From: Acidobacteriota bacterium
GTDB lineage: Bacteria > Acidobacteriota > Vicinamibacteria > Vicinamibacterales > JAFNAJ01
DNA length: 64,000 nucleotides
Direction of reading: 5' to 3'
Assembly: GCA_023384575.1 (NCBI GenBank)
Contig: JAHDVP010000005.1
Location: forward strand, 66,531 to 130,530
In this document: in pieces, positions 27,415-38,000 of the stretch
How the letters are laid out: the number at the start of each line of letters is the position of its first letter
How positions within the stretch are numbered: the stretch's first letter is position 1
Translations under genes and position numbers: made by a program
Notes under the pieces: generated by a model
Databases searched by the model: none
Told to the model about the DNA's origin: nothing
What the model saw: only the letters and a program-made list of their open reading frames with translations

Positions 27415-27454
27415 GCGGGGTCAGCCCCGCCGGCACGGGCTGAAGCCCCGGCGC
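27415..27454. repeat. tandem GC-rich hairpins (REP-like) at a convergent gene junction
   Basis: GCGGGG-TCAG-CCCCGC (27415-27430), followed by CGGGCTGAAGCCCCGG. The latter is the near-exact reverse complement of the hairpin at 58795-58812. Confidence 0.5.
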
Positions 27455-27478
27455 GTCGACCCCCGATGCGGCCCGACG

Positions 27479-29017
27479 CTACGAGGCCGGCGGCGTCTTC
27501 CGCACGAAGCGCAGCGTCGAGAAGTCGGCGGTGGGCGTCAGTTGGACGCCCTCGATGTCAGGCTGGAACACGGCCACGTTCGTCTTGTACCACAAGCTGA
27601 TGTACGGCACCTGCGTGGCGATGCGCCGCTGGGCCTCGCCGTACAACCGGCGGCGCTCGGCGTCGTCGACCGAGCGGGTGGCGACCTCGACGAGCCGGTC
27701 GACCTCCGGGTCCGCGAAGAAGCCCCGGTTGAATCCCGCCGGCGGCATCTGCGCCGAGTGGAACGCCCGCCGGAGCATGTCCGGGTCGGAGACGCCGACC
27801 CACTGCAGCGTGAACGCCTGGAAGTTGCCCCGCAACACGTCGGCGTACAGCGTGGCGAACTCGTACGACCGCACGTCGACGCCCACGCCGACCCGCTGCC
27901 ACTGCTGCTGCAGGACGGCGGCCTGCAGCCGGACGAACTCGGCCGTCGAGGTCTTGATCGTCAGACGGAATCGCGTGCCCGGCCCATCGCCGTCGGGGTC
28001 GGGAAAGCCGGCCTCGTCGAGCAGTCGTGCGGCTGCCGCGGGATCGTGATCGAACTCGGCGATGCCGGCGTCGAACGCCCACGACATCGGCGGCAGGATG
28101 CCCACGGCCGGCGTCGCGAGCCCGCGCCGCAGGTGCTCGATGATGGCCGACCGGTCGACGGCGTGCGCGAGGGCTCGGCGCACCCGGACGTCCTGCAGGA
28201 TCGGGTCGCGCAGGTTCAGCCCGACGTAGGCGTAGTCGGCTCCGGGCGCGGTGGCCGTCTGCAGCCGGTCTTCCCGTTGCAACTGGTGCGCGATGTCGGG
28301 CGCGAGATCGTTGACGACGAGATCGACCGTGCCCTTGCGCAGTTCGAGTCCGCGCATGGTGTCGTCGGGCACCACCTTGAGGACGAGACCGGCGTTCTCG
28401 GCGGGCCCGCCGAAATGCTCGTCGAACCTGACGAGCTCGACCCGATCGTCGGGTACGGACTTGACGAAGGCGTAGGGCCCGGTGCCGACCGGGCGGGACG
28501 ACACCTCGTCGGCACCCTCCTGCACGATGCCCATCACCAGATTGATCGGAAACGACCCGAACGGCTCGGTGAGGACGAAGTCCACCGTGTAGCGGTCGAC
28601 CGCCTCCACCGCGGCGAGCACGCGGTAGGCTCCCTTGCGGGGCGAGAGGAACGCCGGGTCGAGGAAGCTCGAGAAGGTGTAGACGACGTCGGCCGACGTC
28701 AGCTCGCGGCCGTCGTGGAAGCGGACCCCCTCGCGCAGCCGGGCGCGATACCGCTCGGGCTCGATCGCCTCGAGGCTCGAGGCGAGATCCGGCACGACGT
28801 CGAGTCGCGCATCCAGGCGAACGAGGCTGTTGAACAGCAGCTGGTGGACCCGCTGCGACGCCTCGTCCGACCCGACACGCGGGTCGAGGTTGTTCGGCCC
28901 CACGGGGATCGCGACCGTGATCCAGCCGTCCGGTACCTCACGCGACGCGCACCCGCCCAGGGTCGCGCAGGCGAGGATGAGCGCGCCGGCCGCGCGGCCG
29001 AGCCGGCGGCGCCTCAC
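27479..29017 (-). CDS. ABC transporter substrate-binding lipoprotein, family 5 (peptide/nickel type)
   Basis: 512 aa from GTG 29017. Lipobox ACATLGGC. SBP_bac_5-like sequence throughout (LVRLD..VPDLA, YTFxLR-type VRFHDG, NDRAG-like segments). Confidence 0.82.
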   Translation of the reverse strand: MRRRRLGRAAGALILACATLGGCASREVPDGWITVAIPVGPNNLDPRVGSDEASQRVHQLLFNSLVRLDARLDVVPDLASSLEAIEPERYRARLREGVRFHDGRELTSADVVYTFSSFLDPAFLSPRKGAYRVLAAVEAVDRYTVDFVLTEPFGSFPINLVMGIVQEGADEVSSRPVGTGPYAFVKSVPDDRVELVRFDEHFGGPAENAGLVLKVVPDDTMRGLELRKGTVDLVVNDLAPDIAHQLQREDRLQTATAPGADYAYVGLNLRDPILQDVRVRRALAHAVDRSAIIEHLRRGLATPAVGILPPMSWAFDAGIAEFDHDPAAAARLLDEAGFPDPDGDGPGTRFRLTIKTSTAEFVRLQAAVLQQQWQRVGVGVDVRSYEFATLYADVLRGNFQAFTLQWVGVSDPDMLRRAFHSAQMPPAGFNRGFFADPEVDRLVEVATRSVDDAERRRLYGEAQRRIATQVPYISLWYKTNVAVFQPDIEGVQLTPTADFSTLRFVRKTPPAS

Positions 29018-31662
29018 GAGTCGGCCTCGCGCTTGAGATCGGCGAGCAGCGTCAGGGCGGCGAGCGGCGTGAGGTCGTTCACGTCGATCTCGCGCAGGCG
29101 CGCCGCGAGGTGATCGCCGGCCGGGACCGCCGCCTGGAACAGTCCAAGCTGACGCTGCGGCTCGCCCGGCGTCCGGGTGAGCGACGGCCGGCCGCCGCGC
29201 GCGAGCTCGTCGCGCTCGAGCGCGGCCAGGATCTCGCGCGCCCGGGCGACCACGCGCGTCGGGAGCCCCGCCAGCCGCGCGACCTGAATGCCGTAGCTGC
29301 GGTCGCTGCGCCCCGGTTCGATCTTGTGGAGGAAGACGATCTCGTCGCGCCACTCGCGGACGACAACGTGGAAGTTGACCACGCCGGGTAGCGCGTCGGC
29401 GAGGTCGGTCAGCTCGTGGTAGTGCGTCGCAAACAGCGTCTTCGGCCGGGCCCGGCCGTGCGCGGCGATGAACTCGGCGACCGCCCAGGCGATGGACAGG
29501 CCGTCGAAGGTCGCCGTGCCCCGACCGATCTCGTCGAGCACGACCAGGCTGCGCGACGTGGCCGTGTGGAGGATGCGGGCCGTCTCCTGCATCTCGACCA
29601 TGAACGTCGAACGGCCCCGGGCGATGTTGTCCGAGGCACCGACCCGGGCGAACACCCTGTCGACGAGGGGCAGCTTCGCCTGACGCGCTGGCACGAAGGA
29701 TCCGGCCTGGGCCATCACCGCAAGCAGCGCCACCATCCTCAGGTAGGTCGACTTGCCGCCCATGTTGGGACCCGTGAGCACGACGAGCTGGTGGCTCGAC
29801 CCGTTGAGGACGACGTCGTTCGGGACGAAGGCCTCACGTGTCAGCCGCTCCACCACGGGATGTCGGGCATCGACGACGGTCATGTCGTCGCCCTCGTGCA
29901 CCTGGGGCTTGGTGTAGTCGAGGTCGGCGGCGGCGTCGGCGAGCGCCGCCAGCACGTCGAGCGTGGCGAGGGCGCGCGCCGCGTCGAGGACGCGCGGGGC
30001 CGCCGCGGCCACCTGCCGCCTCAGGGCCTCGAAGAGGGCCACCTCGCGCTCGAGGATGCGCTCGTCGGCGCCGAGCACGCGTTCCTCGTGCTCCTTGAGG
30101 GCAGGCGTCACGAAGCGCTCGCCTCCGGCGATCGTCTGCTTCCGATGGTAATCGGGCGGCACGAGGAGCAGGTTCGACTTCGAGACCTCGATGTAGTAGC
30201 CGAACACCCGATTGAAGCGCACCTTCAGCGAGGCGATGCCCGTACGGGCCCGCTCGGCCTCCTCCATCGCGGCGATGACCTGCTTGCCGGACCGGCTCAC
30301 CTGGCGCAGGCCATCGAGCTCGCCGTCGACCCCGTCGCGGATCATGCCGCCGTCGCGCGCCACCGCCGGCGGCTCGTCGACGAGCGTGGTGTCGAGCGCA
30401 CTCCGCAGATCGGGTAGCTCCTCGAGCCCGGCGACGAGGCTCGCCACGAGGGGGGCCTGGACGTCGCCGAGCAGCAGACGCACGCGCGGGATGACCGCGA
30501 GCGAGTGCCGCAACGCGACCAGGTCACGTGGCCCGGCCGTGCCGAGCGCGGCCCGCCCGACGAGCCGTTCGACGTCGTGCACGCCTTTCAAGGCATCGCG
30601 GAGCTTCGTCCGGTCGGTGCTCCGGAACGCGAACGCCTCGACGGCGTCGAGGCGATCCTGCACCGGCTCGAGGCGCGACAGCGGGCGCAGCAGCCACGCG
30701 CGCAGCAGGCGACCGCCCATGGCCGTCCGCGTGCGATCGATCTGTTCGAGCAGCGACCCCTCGCGTCCGCCGTCGGCGCCCTCGAGGATCTCGAGATGCC
30801 CCAGCGTGGTCGCGTCGATGGCGAGCCCGTCGGCGAGCTCGCGGTACGCGATCCCGCGAACGTGGGCGAGATCGGCCTTCTGCGTGTCGCGCAGGTGCAG
30901 GACGAGGCCGCCCGCCGCACACACGGCGTGCGGATGGTCGTCGAGGCCGAACCCCGTCACGCCCCGCGTGCCGAGCTGCTCGGTCAGCGCGCGCGTGGCC
31001 GCGTCGAGCCCGAACGCCCAGGGGTCGATCGTCGTCGTCGGGATACCGAGCCTGGCGATGTCGGGCAGCCGGGCGGCGAACTCGAACCCCGCCGGCACGA
31101 GCAGCTCGCGCGGCTGCAGCACACCCACGTCCTCGGCGAGGGCCTGTCGTCCTGCGTCACCTTCGAACTCCGCCGCCGAGAACTCGCCGGTCGACACGTC
31201 GAGCAGCGCTGTGCCGAAGATCTCGCCGCCGCGAGCCGTCGCCGGGACGATGGCCAGCAGGAACGCCGGCTCCTTCGCGTCGAGGTAGCCGGCGTCGGTC
31301 AGCGTGCCCGGCGACACCACGCGCACGACCGCCCGCCGCACGAGGCCCTTGGCCTTCTTCGGGTCCTCGACCTGCTCGCAGATCGCCACCCGATAGCCCT
31401 TCTTGACGAGGCGGGCGATGTAGCCGTCGGCGGCGTGGAACGGCACGCCGCACATCGGGATCGCGCCGCCGGCCGCGTCCTTCGAGCGGGACGTCAGCGT
31501 CAGTTCCAGGGCGCGCGCGGCCGTGAGCGCGTCCTCATAGAACATCTCGTAGAAATCCCCCATCCTGAAGAACACGATCGCGTCGGGGTACTGGCGCTTC
31601 GCGTCCAGATACTGCCGCATGGCGGGCGTCGCCGAGGAGGGGGACGGGAACGACTGGGACAT
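29014..31662 (-). CDS. mutS: DNA mismatch repair protein MutS
   Basis: 882 aa. N-terminus TPAMRQYLDAKRQYPDAIVFFRMGDFYEMFYEDA, Walker A GPNMGGKSTYLR, and DEIGRGT. Confidence 0.97.
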   Translation of the reverse strand: MSQSFPSPSSATPAMRQYLDAKRQYPDAIVFFRMGDFYEMFYEDALTAARALELTLTSRSKDAAGGAIPMCGVPFHAADGYIARLVKKGYRVAICEQVEDPKKAKGLVRRAVVRVVSPGTLTDAGYLDAKEPAFLLAIVPATARGGEIFGTALLDVSTGEFSAAEFEGDAGRQALAEDVGVLQPRELLVPAGFEFAARLPDIARLGIPTTTIDPWAFGLDAATRALTEQLGTRGVTGFGLDDHPHAVCAAGGLVLHLRDTQKADLAHVRGIAYRELADGLAIDATTLGHLEILEGADGGREGSLLEQIDRTRTAMGGRLLRAWLLRPLSRLEPVQDRLDAVEAFAFRSTDRTKLRDALKGVHDVERLVGRAALGTAGPRDLVALRHSLAVIPRVRLLLGDVQAPLVASLVAGLEELPDLRSALDTTLVDEPPAVARDGGMIRDGVDGELDGLRQVSRSGKQVIAAMEEAERARTGIASLKVRFNRVFGYYIEVSKSNLLLVPPDYHRKQTIAGGERFVTPALKEHEERVLGADERILEREVALFEALRRQVAAAAPRVLDAARALATLDVLAALADAAADLDYTKPQVHEGDDMTVVDARHPVVERLTREAFVPNDVVLNGSSHQLVVLTGPNMGGKSTYLRMVALLAVMAQAGSFVPARQAKLPLVDRVFARVGASDNIARGRSTFMVEMQETARILHTATSRSLVVLDEIGRGTATFDGLSIAWAVAEFIAAHGRARPKTLFATHYHELTDLADALPGVVNFHVVVREWRDEIVFLHKIEPGRSDRSYGIQVARLAGLPTRVVARAREILAALERDELARGGRPSLTRTPGEPQRQLGLFQAAVPAGDHLAARLREIDVNDLTPLAALTLLADLKREADS

Positions 31663-31808
31663 CTGCGGCGCGGGACGGGCGGACGGGCACGGCAGCGGTG
31701 CGGGACCGTCGGGTGAGTATAGCAGGCGCGCCGGGCGTTCCCGGTTACACTCCTCGGAGGTCCTCGCGTGCGTGGCCGATGGCGCGGCAACCGGTGTTCA
31801 GGCGTCCC

Positions 31809-32564
31809 ATGACGATCGTAGCCCTCGATTCGACCTCCCGCGCCGGCAGCCTCGCCCTCTGGCGCGACGGGATGGTCATCGCCTCACGCCCGGGCGACCC
31901 CACGGTGAGCCACAGCACGCGGCTGCCGGGCGACCTGCTCCGTCTGCTCGCCGATCACGACCTCACGCTCGCCGAGGCGACCCACCTGGCGCTCGCGCTT
32001 GGGCCCGGGTCGTTGACCGGTCTGCGGGTGGGGGTCGCCACCATGCAGGGGCTGGCCATGGCCGCGGGCGTGCCCGTGGTGGGTGTGTCGGCGCTCGATG
32101 CCATGGCCTGGATGGGACTGACGCACGCCCCGAGCTCCACGGTCTTCGTGGCCAGCTGCAAGGACGCGGCTCGCCAGGAGGTCTTCACGGCGCTTCACCG
32201 CGTCACACCGCCGAAGACGGTCGAGGCCCCGGGAGTACCGGGCCTCACCACGGTCGAGTCCCCTAGGGTCGGCACGCTCGACGACGTGCTCGACCGGTGG
32301 CGGCCGATCGTCGCCGACCAGCGGCTCGTTCTGGCAGCCGACCGCGGGGTGCTCCAGGCGGGCGACTGGTCGCGGCTCGGCGCATCCGTGGACCCCGTCC
32401 AGGCTGAGGTGCTGGCCCCTGCCATCGCCGTGTTGGCCGCCCACCGCGCCTCGCGCGGCGAGGCCGGTCCGCCGCATGCGCTGCGGCCCTTGTACGTCAG
32501 GCGGCCCGATGCCGAGGTGGCTCGCGCCCGTCGCCTGACGACACCGGACCGCCAGCGCCGATGA
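31809..32564 (+). CDS. tsaB: tRNA t6A37 threonylcarbamoyltransferase complex dimerisation subunit TsaB
   Basis: 251 aa from ATG 31809. MTIVALDSTSRAGSLAL and GPGSLTGLRVGVATMQGLA are typical of YeaZ/TsaB. Confidence 0.85.
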   Translation: MTIVALDSTSRAGSLALWRDGMVIASRPGDPTVSHSTRLPGDLLRLLADHDLTLAEATHLALALGPGSLTGLRVGVATMQGLAMAAGVPVVGVSALDAMAWMGLTHAPSSTVFVASCKDAARQEVFTALHRVTPPKTVEAPGVPGLTTVESPRVGTLDDVLDRWRPIVADQRLVLAADRGVLQAGDWSRLGASVDPVQAEVLAPAIAVLAAHRASRGEAGPPHALRPLYVRRPDAEVARARRLTTPDRQRR

Positions 32565-33094
32565 CGTCCACTCCCGCTGCGGGCGGCCTGCCGCCTGGGT
32601 ACACCGTGAGCCGTCTGATGGTCGAGCACGATCTCGACGGCCTGCTCGCCGTCGAGGCCGAGTCGTTCACCCGGCCGACGCCCCGGGAGACGTACGAGTG
32701 GGAGGCGGCGCATTCCGACGTGGCCCGAGTGTTCGTCCTGCGTGGTCCCGGTGGGGGCATCGAGGGGTACTGCGCGGCCTGGCTGATCTTCGACGAGCTG
32801 CACGTGCACAACCTCGCCATCCGCGTCGCCTCGCGAGGCAAGGGGCTGGCCGCGGGCCTGCTCGGTCACGTCCTGACGGCTGCGGCGGTCGAGGGGGCGA
32901 GGCGGGCCACGCTCGAGGTGCGCGAATCCAACGTGGCGGCGAGGCGACTCTACACTCGCCTGGGCTTTTCGGTCGCTGGGCGGCGTCGCCACTACTACAC
33001 GCAGCCGGTCGAAGACGCGCTCGTGTTGTGGCACGACGGACCGCTCGCACCGAGGGCGGCGGACGGCGGGGCAGGCGACCGGGCCGCGCCTTGA
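32561..33094 (+). CDS. rimI: ribosomal-protein-alanine N-acetyltransferase (GNAT)
   Basis: ATGA overlap with tsaB, the conserved tsaB-rimI pairing. GNAT motif A VASRGKGLAAGLL, and ATLEVRESNVAARRLYTRLGF. Confidence 0.82.
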   Translation: MTSTPAAGGLPPGYTVSRLMVEHDLDGLLAVEAESFTRPTPRETYEWEAAHSDVARVFVLRGPGGGIEGYCAAWLIFDELHVHNLAIRVASRGKGLAAGLLGHVLTAAAVEGARRATLEVRESNVAARRLYTRLGFSVAGRRRHYYTQPVEDALVLWHDGPLAPRAADGGAGDRAAP

Positions 33095-33180
33095 AACCCC
33101 CGGCAGCGAGTGTTAGAGTGCCCGTGAGAGCGGCGGCCAGCCGGGTCGTCGCGCGGCGCTCATCTGCAAGGAGGCTCAGC

Positions 33181-33426
33181 ATGCCGACAGACTCGCAGGA
33201 GCTGAAGGATCACTTGCTGCAGACCGATTCCGAGTTTCGTGAACTGGCCGACCAACACCATCGCCTCGACGATCTCCTCCAGGAACTCTCACGGAAGTCA
33301 TACCTGACCGACGCGGAACAGCTCGAAGAAGTCAACCTGAAGAAGCGGAAGCTCCAGATCAAGGACCGGATGGAAGACATCGTCCGGCGCCATCGGGCCG
33401 GGGCCTCGGCCGCCGCCAACGGGTAG
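33181..33426 (+). CDS. DUF465 (YdcH-like) small coiled-coil protein
   Basis: 81 aa. LLQTDSEFRELADQHHRLDDLLQEL...YLTDAEQLEEVNLKKRKLQIKDRMEDIV is a canonical DUF465 sequence. Not separately listed in the track; it is the tail of ORF 32698..33426. Confidence 0.8.
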   Translation: MPTDSQELKDHLLQTDSEFRELADQHHRLDDLLQELSRKSYLTDAEQLEEVNLKKRKLQIKDRMEDIVRRHRAGASAAANG

Positions 33427-33455
33427 TCGCCGGGTTCCACGCGTGGGATTTGCGA

Positions 33456-33490
33456 GCCCCGGGGCGCTCGGCCGAGCGACCCGGGGCTTT
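33456..33490 (+). terminator. intrinsic terminator after the DUF465 gene
   Basis: GCCCCGGG(G)CGCTCGG / CCGAGCG(A)CCCGGGGC forms a stem of 8 + 5-7 bp, followed by TTTGCCGTT. Confidence 0.6.
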
Positions 33491-33537
33491 GCCGTTCAAG
33501 GACGCGTCGCTCGCGACACGTTCGCCGGTGGTCAATC

Positions 33538-34182
33538 ATGCGCATCGATCGAGCAGGAGTGCCCTTCATCGCTGGCGCGCTCGCTCCGGGCGCGGCGTGC
33601 CTGGTCGCGCGACGTCCCGCCTGGGCGCTGCCGTTTGCCGCGCTCGCCGGGTTCATGGCGTACTTCTTCCGCGACCCGGCCCGTCACACCCCGGCCGGCG
33701 ATCACCTGATCGTGGCGCCGGCCGACGGTCGCGTCGTGGTGGCGGGCGCGGCCGACCCTGCGGCGGCCCCGCCCGGCAACTGGCAGCAGGTGAGCATCTT
33801 CCTGTCGCCGATGGACGTCCACGTCAACCGGATCCCCTTCTCGGGGACCATCCGGCGCGTCGAGTACCGGCCGGGGAAGTTCCTGCCGGCGTACCGGCAG
33901 GAGGCGGCGAGCCAGAACGAACAGAGCGAGATCTGGATCGAGCGCGATGGCCAGACCGTCGTCGCCAGACAGGTCGTCGGGGTGCTGGCGCGCCGGGTCG
34001 TCTGCCGTGTCACGGCCGGCACGGTGGTGAAGGCCGGCGACCGTTTCGGTCTGATGAAGTTCGGGTCCCGGATGGATCTCTTCTTCTCGCCACGTGCGCG
34101 ACTGGCCGTCGCCGTCGACGACCGGGTCGTCGGCGGCGAGACCGTCGTGGCCCTGCTCGATCGGCCGGCACCCGGCCAGTGA
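33538..34182 (+). CDS. psd: phosphatidylserine decarboxylase proenzyme (short type)
   Basis: 214 aa. SIFLSPMDVHVNRIP and the self-cleavage region GLMKFGSRMDLFF. Confidence 0.9.
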   Translation: MRIDRAGVPFIAGALAPGAACLVARRPAWALPFAALAGFMAYFFRDPARHTPAGDHLIVAPADGRVVVAGAADPAAAPPGNWQQVSIFLSPMDVHVNRIPFSGTIRRVEYRPGKFLPAYRQEAASQNEQSEIWIERDGQTVVARQVVGVLARRVVCRVTAGTVVKAGDRFGLMKFGSRMDLFFSPRARLAVAVDDRVVGGETVVALLDRPAPGQ

Positions 34183-34201
34183 TTCATGCGACGATAGCCC
34201 C

Positions 34202-35035
34202 GTGGTGCTGACGGTGTTCAAGCGACGCGGGCGTCGGCGGGAGTTCCGGCGGGGGGTCTACCTGCTGCCGAGCCTCTTCACGCTGGCGAACATGTTCTGC
34301 GGGTACGCGTGCATCGTCTACGCGATGCGGGGCGACTACCGGACGGCGGCGCCGTTCATCGGCCTCGCCATCGTGCTCGACATGCTCGACGGACGCATCG
34401 CCCGCATGACCGGCAGCACCAGCGCCTTTGGCGTGGAGTTCGACTCGCTGGCCGACGTGATCTCGTTTGGCGTCGCGCCGGCCATCCTGGCGTTCTCGTG
34501 GGGCCTACAGCCGTTTGGACGGCTCGGGTGGGCGGCAGGGTTCGTCTTCGTGTCCGCGGCGGCGATCCGCCTCGCCCGGTTCAACATCCAGTCGACGGGT
34601 CCGGCTGTCGACAAGCGGTACTTCGTCGGCATGCCGAGTCCGGCCGCGGCGGCGGTCCCGGCGGCAACCGTCTTCGCCTACCCGTACGGGCTCAGCGACT
34701 GGTACGCCGTGCTGGCGCTGCCCATGGTGCTCATCCCGGGATTCCTGATGGTGAGCACGGTCCGGTACCGCAGCTTCAAGACCTTCGACCTGAGGTCGCC
34801 GCGGTCCTACCGCAACCTCATCCTCATGGCGACGGTCATCGCCGCTATTGCCACCCACCCTCAGGTCACGCTGGTCGTGCTGGCGTACACCTACCTGCTG
34901 TCGGCCTTCGTCGGGCTGGCGATCACCAAGGTGAAGCGTCGTCACGAGGGCCAGGGTACCTCGAAGGACGCCGACCTGGCGGTCGCGGCGGACGACGACC
35001 AGCCGGCCGCCGATTCCGCTCGTCACCGCCAGTGA
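34202..35035 (+). CDS. pssA: CDP-diacylglycerol--serine O-phosphatidyltransferase
   Basis: CDP-alcohol phosphatidyltransferase motif DMLDGRIARMTGSTSAFGVEFDSLADV. GTG start at 34202/34205, after the psd stop at 34182. Confidence 0.88.
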   Translation: MVLTVFKRRGRRREFRRGVYLLPSLFTLANMFCGYACIVYAMRGDYRTAAPFIGLAIVLDMLDGRIARMTGSTSAFGVEFDSLADVISFGVAPAILAFSWGLQPFGRLGWAAGFVFVSAAAIRLARFNIQSTGPAVDKRYFVGMPSPAAAAVPAATVFAYPYGLSDWYAVLALPMVLIPGFLMVSTVRYRSFKTFDLRSPRSYRNLILMATVIAAIATHPQVTLVVLAYTYLLSAFVGLAITKVKRRHEGQGTSKDADLAVAADDDQPAADSARHRQ

Positions 35036-35064
35036 GGTGAAGAAGACCCCTCGCGATCGCCCGC

Positions 35065-38000
35065 TCAGCGACTCTGGCCGACCGGCAGCGAGAGGCGGAC
35101 GGTCGTCCCAGCGCCGAGGGCACTGCTGACCTCGACGGTCCCCCCGTGCAGCTCGACGTTGCGCTTGGCGATGGTCAGGCCGAGGCCCGTCCCGATCGCC
35201 TTCGTGGAGAAGTAGGGCTCGAAGATGCGCTCGACGGCTTCGGCGTCCATCCCGACGCCGCTGTCGACGACCTCGACCACGATCCACTCGTCACGCCGCA
35301 GGGCCTCGACGCGCAGGCGCCCCCCGCCGGGCATGGCGTGCAGGGCGTTCTCGAGTACGTTGGTCAGGGCCCGGCCAATCAGCGTGCGGTCGACCACGAT
35401 CTCGGGCAGGTCCGGGGCGACGACGACCTCGAGGGCGACCCACTCGGCGAGGCCGACGGCGTAGGCATCGACGACCTCCCTGACGAGAGCACCGGGGTGA
35501 GTTGGCACCGGGCGTGGGCTGGGCGTCGATGCGAAGCTCGAGAATTCTCCGGCGATCTGGCGGAGCAGGCGGACCTGTTTCAGGATCGTGTCGATGCAGG
35601 TCTCGAGGACCGGTGACAGCGGCAGGCCGCGATCGCGGTGCACTCGGCGCAGGTGTTCGGCCGACAACTGAATCGGGGTGAGCGGGTTCTTGATGTCGTG
35701 CGCGACCTGACGGGCCATTTCGGCCCAGGCCTCGAGCCGGTTCGTCCGTTCGAGCTGGGACCGCTGGCGCTGCAGCTCCATGGCCATGCGGTTGAAGGCC
35801 TCGACGAGCGACTTGAGCTCGTCGGCCGAGCGGACGAAGACCCGCGTGTCGAGGTTGCCCGCGGCGATGCGCTGTGAGGCGCGGGTCAGGCGACGGACCG
35901 GGTCGGAGATGCGCTCGGCCATCCAGAACCCCACCGCCGCGCCGAGCAGGATGAAGACCACGGCGCCGAGGTGCACGCCCTGGTCGAGTTCGTCGATCTC
36001 GCGTTCGATCTCACGCTGCCGGAGCGCCATCGGGACCGTGAGGAAGGTGTGCCGCCCGTTGGCGCTGACCGGCGCCGCGGCCATCAGGTACCTGAGCCCG
36101 CCGATCTCGTCCTCCCCGACGTAGATCGGGAGGCGCTCGAGCGCAACAGCGCGATAGGCCCCGTCGGGCGCGCGCACGGGCAGCAGCCCCGACGCGACGA
36201 GATCGCGCTCGCTCGTCGCCACGAGATCAGGGCCAGAGAAGACGTTGACCTCCTGATCGATGACTCGACTGATCCAGACCATCAGGTCGTCGTCGAGCGT
36301 GCCAATCGACACCTCGCCCGCGCGCGTCACGACGAGCGATTCCTCGATGACGCGCTGGGCGACCGAGGCCGTGCGGGCCGCCTGGGCATCCACGTCGGCG
36401 CGAAGGCGCGCCGCGACGAACACGCGAATCGAGAAGGCCAGGATCAGGACCGGCACGACCGCCGCGAGCACGAAGGCGAGCGCGAGCTTCCGGTAGAAGC
36501 TGCGGCGGAACTCGCGCACGAGGGTTCGACCGGTGGACGCCGACGGCCAGCCCAGACGCCGGACGAGGGTGGCCCCCGCCATCAGGCCGAGACAGACGAG
36601 GGCGGCGAGCGTCGCCACCTCCGCGAGGCGGATCAGGTGATCGAAGGCGCCGAGGACGGGGTAGCCGACCGCGTAGATGCCGGCGCGGTCGTTGGCGAAG
36701 TACACGCGATACGTCCGTCCACCCCGCTCGATCCGGGTCCAGAAGGGCGTGCGCGATGCGTAGATGGTCGAGAAGGTGGCCTCGTCGAGCGGCCACGCCC
36801 GCCCCGACGACGTGTAGATGGGCGTTCGGCCCCACCCGTAGACCACCAGTTCGAGGTCGCGCGCGGGCGGGGGCGCCGATCGCTCTCCGGGGTTGAAGAC
36901 GACCATCGACGAAGGGGACTGCGACGAGATGAACGAGAGCGCGCTGTAGTCGAGCATGACGTGCACGACGATCGCGCCGACGCTTCGTCCCTCGCGGTCG
37001 CAGACGCCGCGCTCGGCGTGGAGCATCCGGCGCTCCTCGGCGCCGAAGGGGGCCGCCTCGCCGAAGACCTCCCACTGACAGGAGGCTGTCTGGTATCGCT
37101 GGGTACGGGACGCGTACTCGGGAAAGCTCAGCGCGAACCGGCTCGCCAGTCGCCCGTCCGCCACGTACAGCTCGATGGCCGAGGTCAGGCGGGCCCGGGC
37201 CAATGCGGTCTGTCGCCACAGGGCGAAGGCCGCCTCGGTACGCGGCGTGCCGTCGGGAAGGGCCTCGAGCGACTCCATCACCGCCGCGAGCGTGCCGAGC
37301 CGGTCGATCTCGACGAGGACTTCGTCCAGACGGCTCTGCAGTTCCTGCGGATGCGTCACGACCTGCCGCGAGTACTCCCCCTCGACCTCACGCTCGCGCG
37401 TCACCTCCGCGAAGTGGACGAGCGACGGGTACAGCAGCAGCGAGGGGCCGATGATCGCCGCAGCCAGGGCACCGAGGCGGAGCAGCTGCGAGCCGTGGCG
37501 GAACCACCCGACGCGCCGCAGGCCCCGCCACGCCGCGGCGGCCGCGACGACGACCAGCACGAGCAGCGGCAACCACGGCATCTGCCAGTCGACCGGCTGA
37601 CCGCTGACCGCCACGACCAGCGACGGGCCGAGCCACCCAGCGAAGGTGGCGAGGCGGGGGCGAACGCTCGCGCGCCGGACGCGCCACGAGATCTGAACGC
37701 TCAGGAACACCAGGACCACGGCCCAGAAGGCTGCCGCGTGCAGCAGCAGGAGGCCGGCAAGCAGCATCAGGCGGTCCCAGTCCCACGGGCTGAGCGACAG
37801 GTGCAGCGGGTCGACCGCGATGTGGAACGTCGTGGCACCGAGCAGCGCCTCGAATGCGAGCACGAGCATCAGGGCGGCGAACCCGGCCGAGACCTGCCAC
37901 GCGACGAACTCCATGAGGCCGCCCCGGCTGGCGTCCGGGTCGCGCCGCCCGGCGCGACCCGCCGTTGTCGCGCGATTCACCGCGTCTGCAGCCAGGACGA

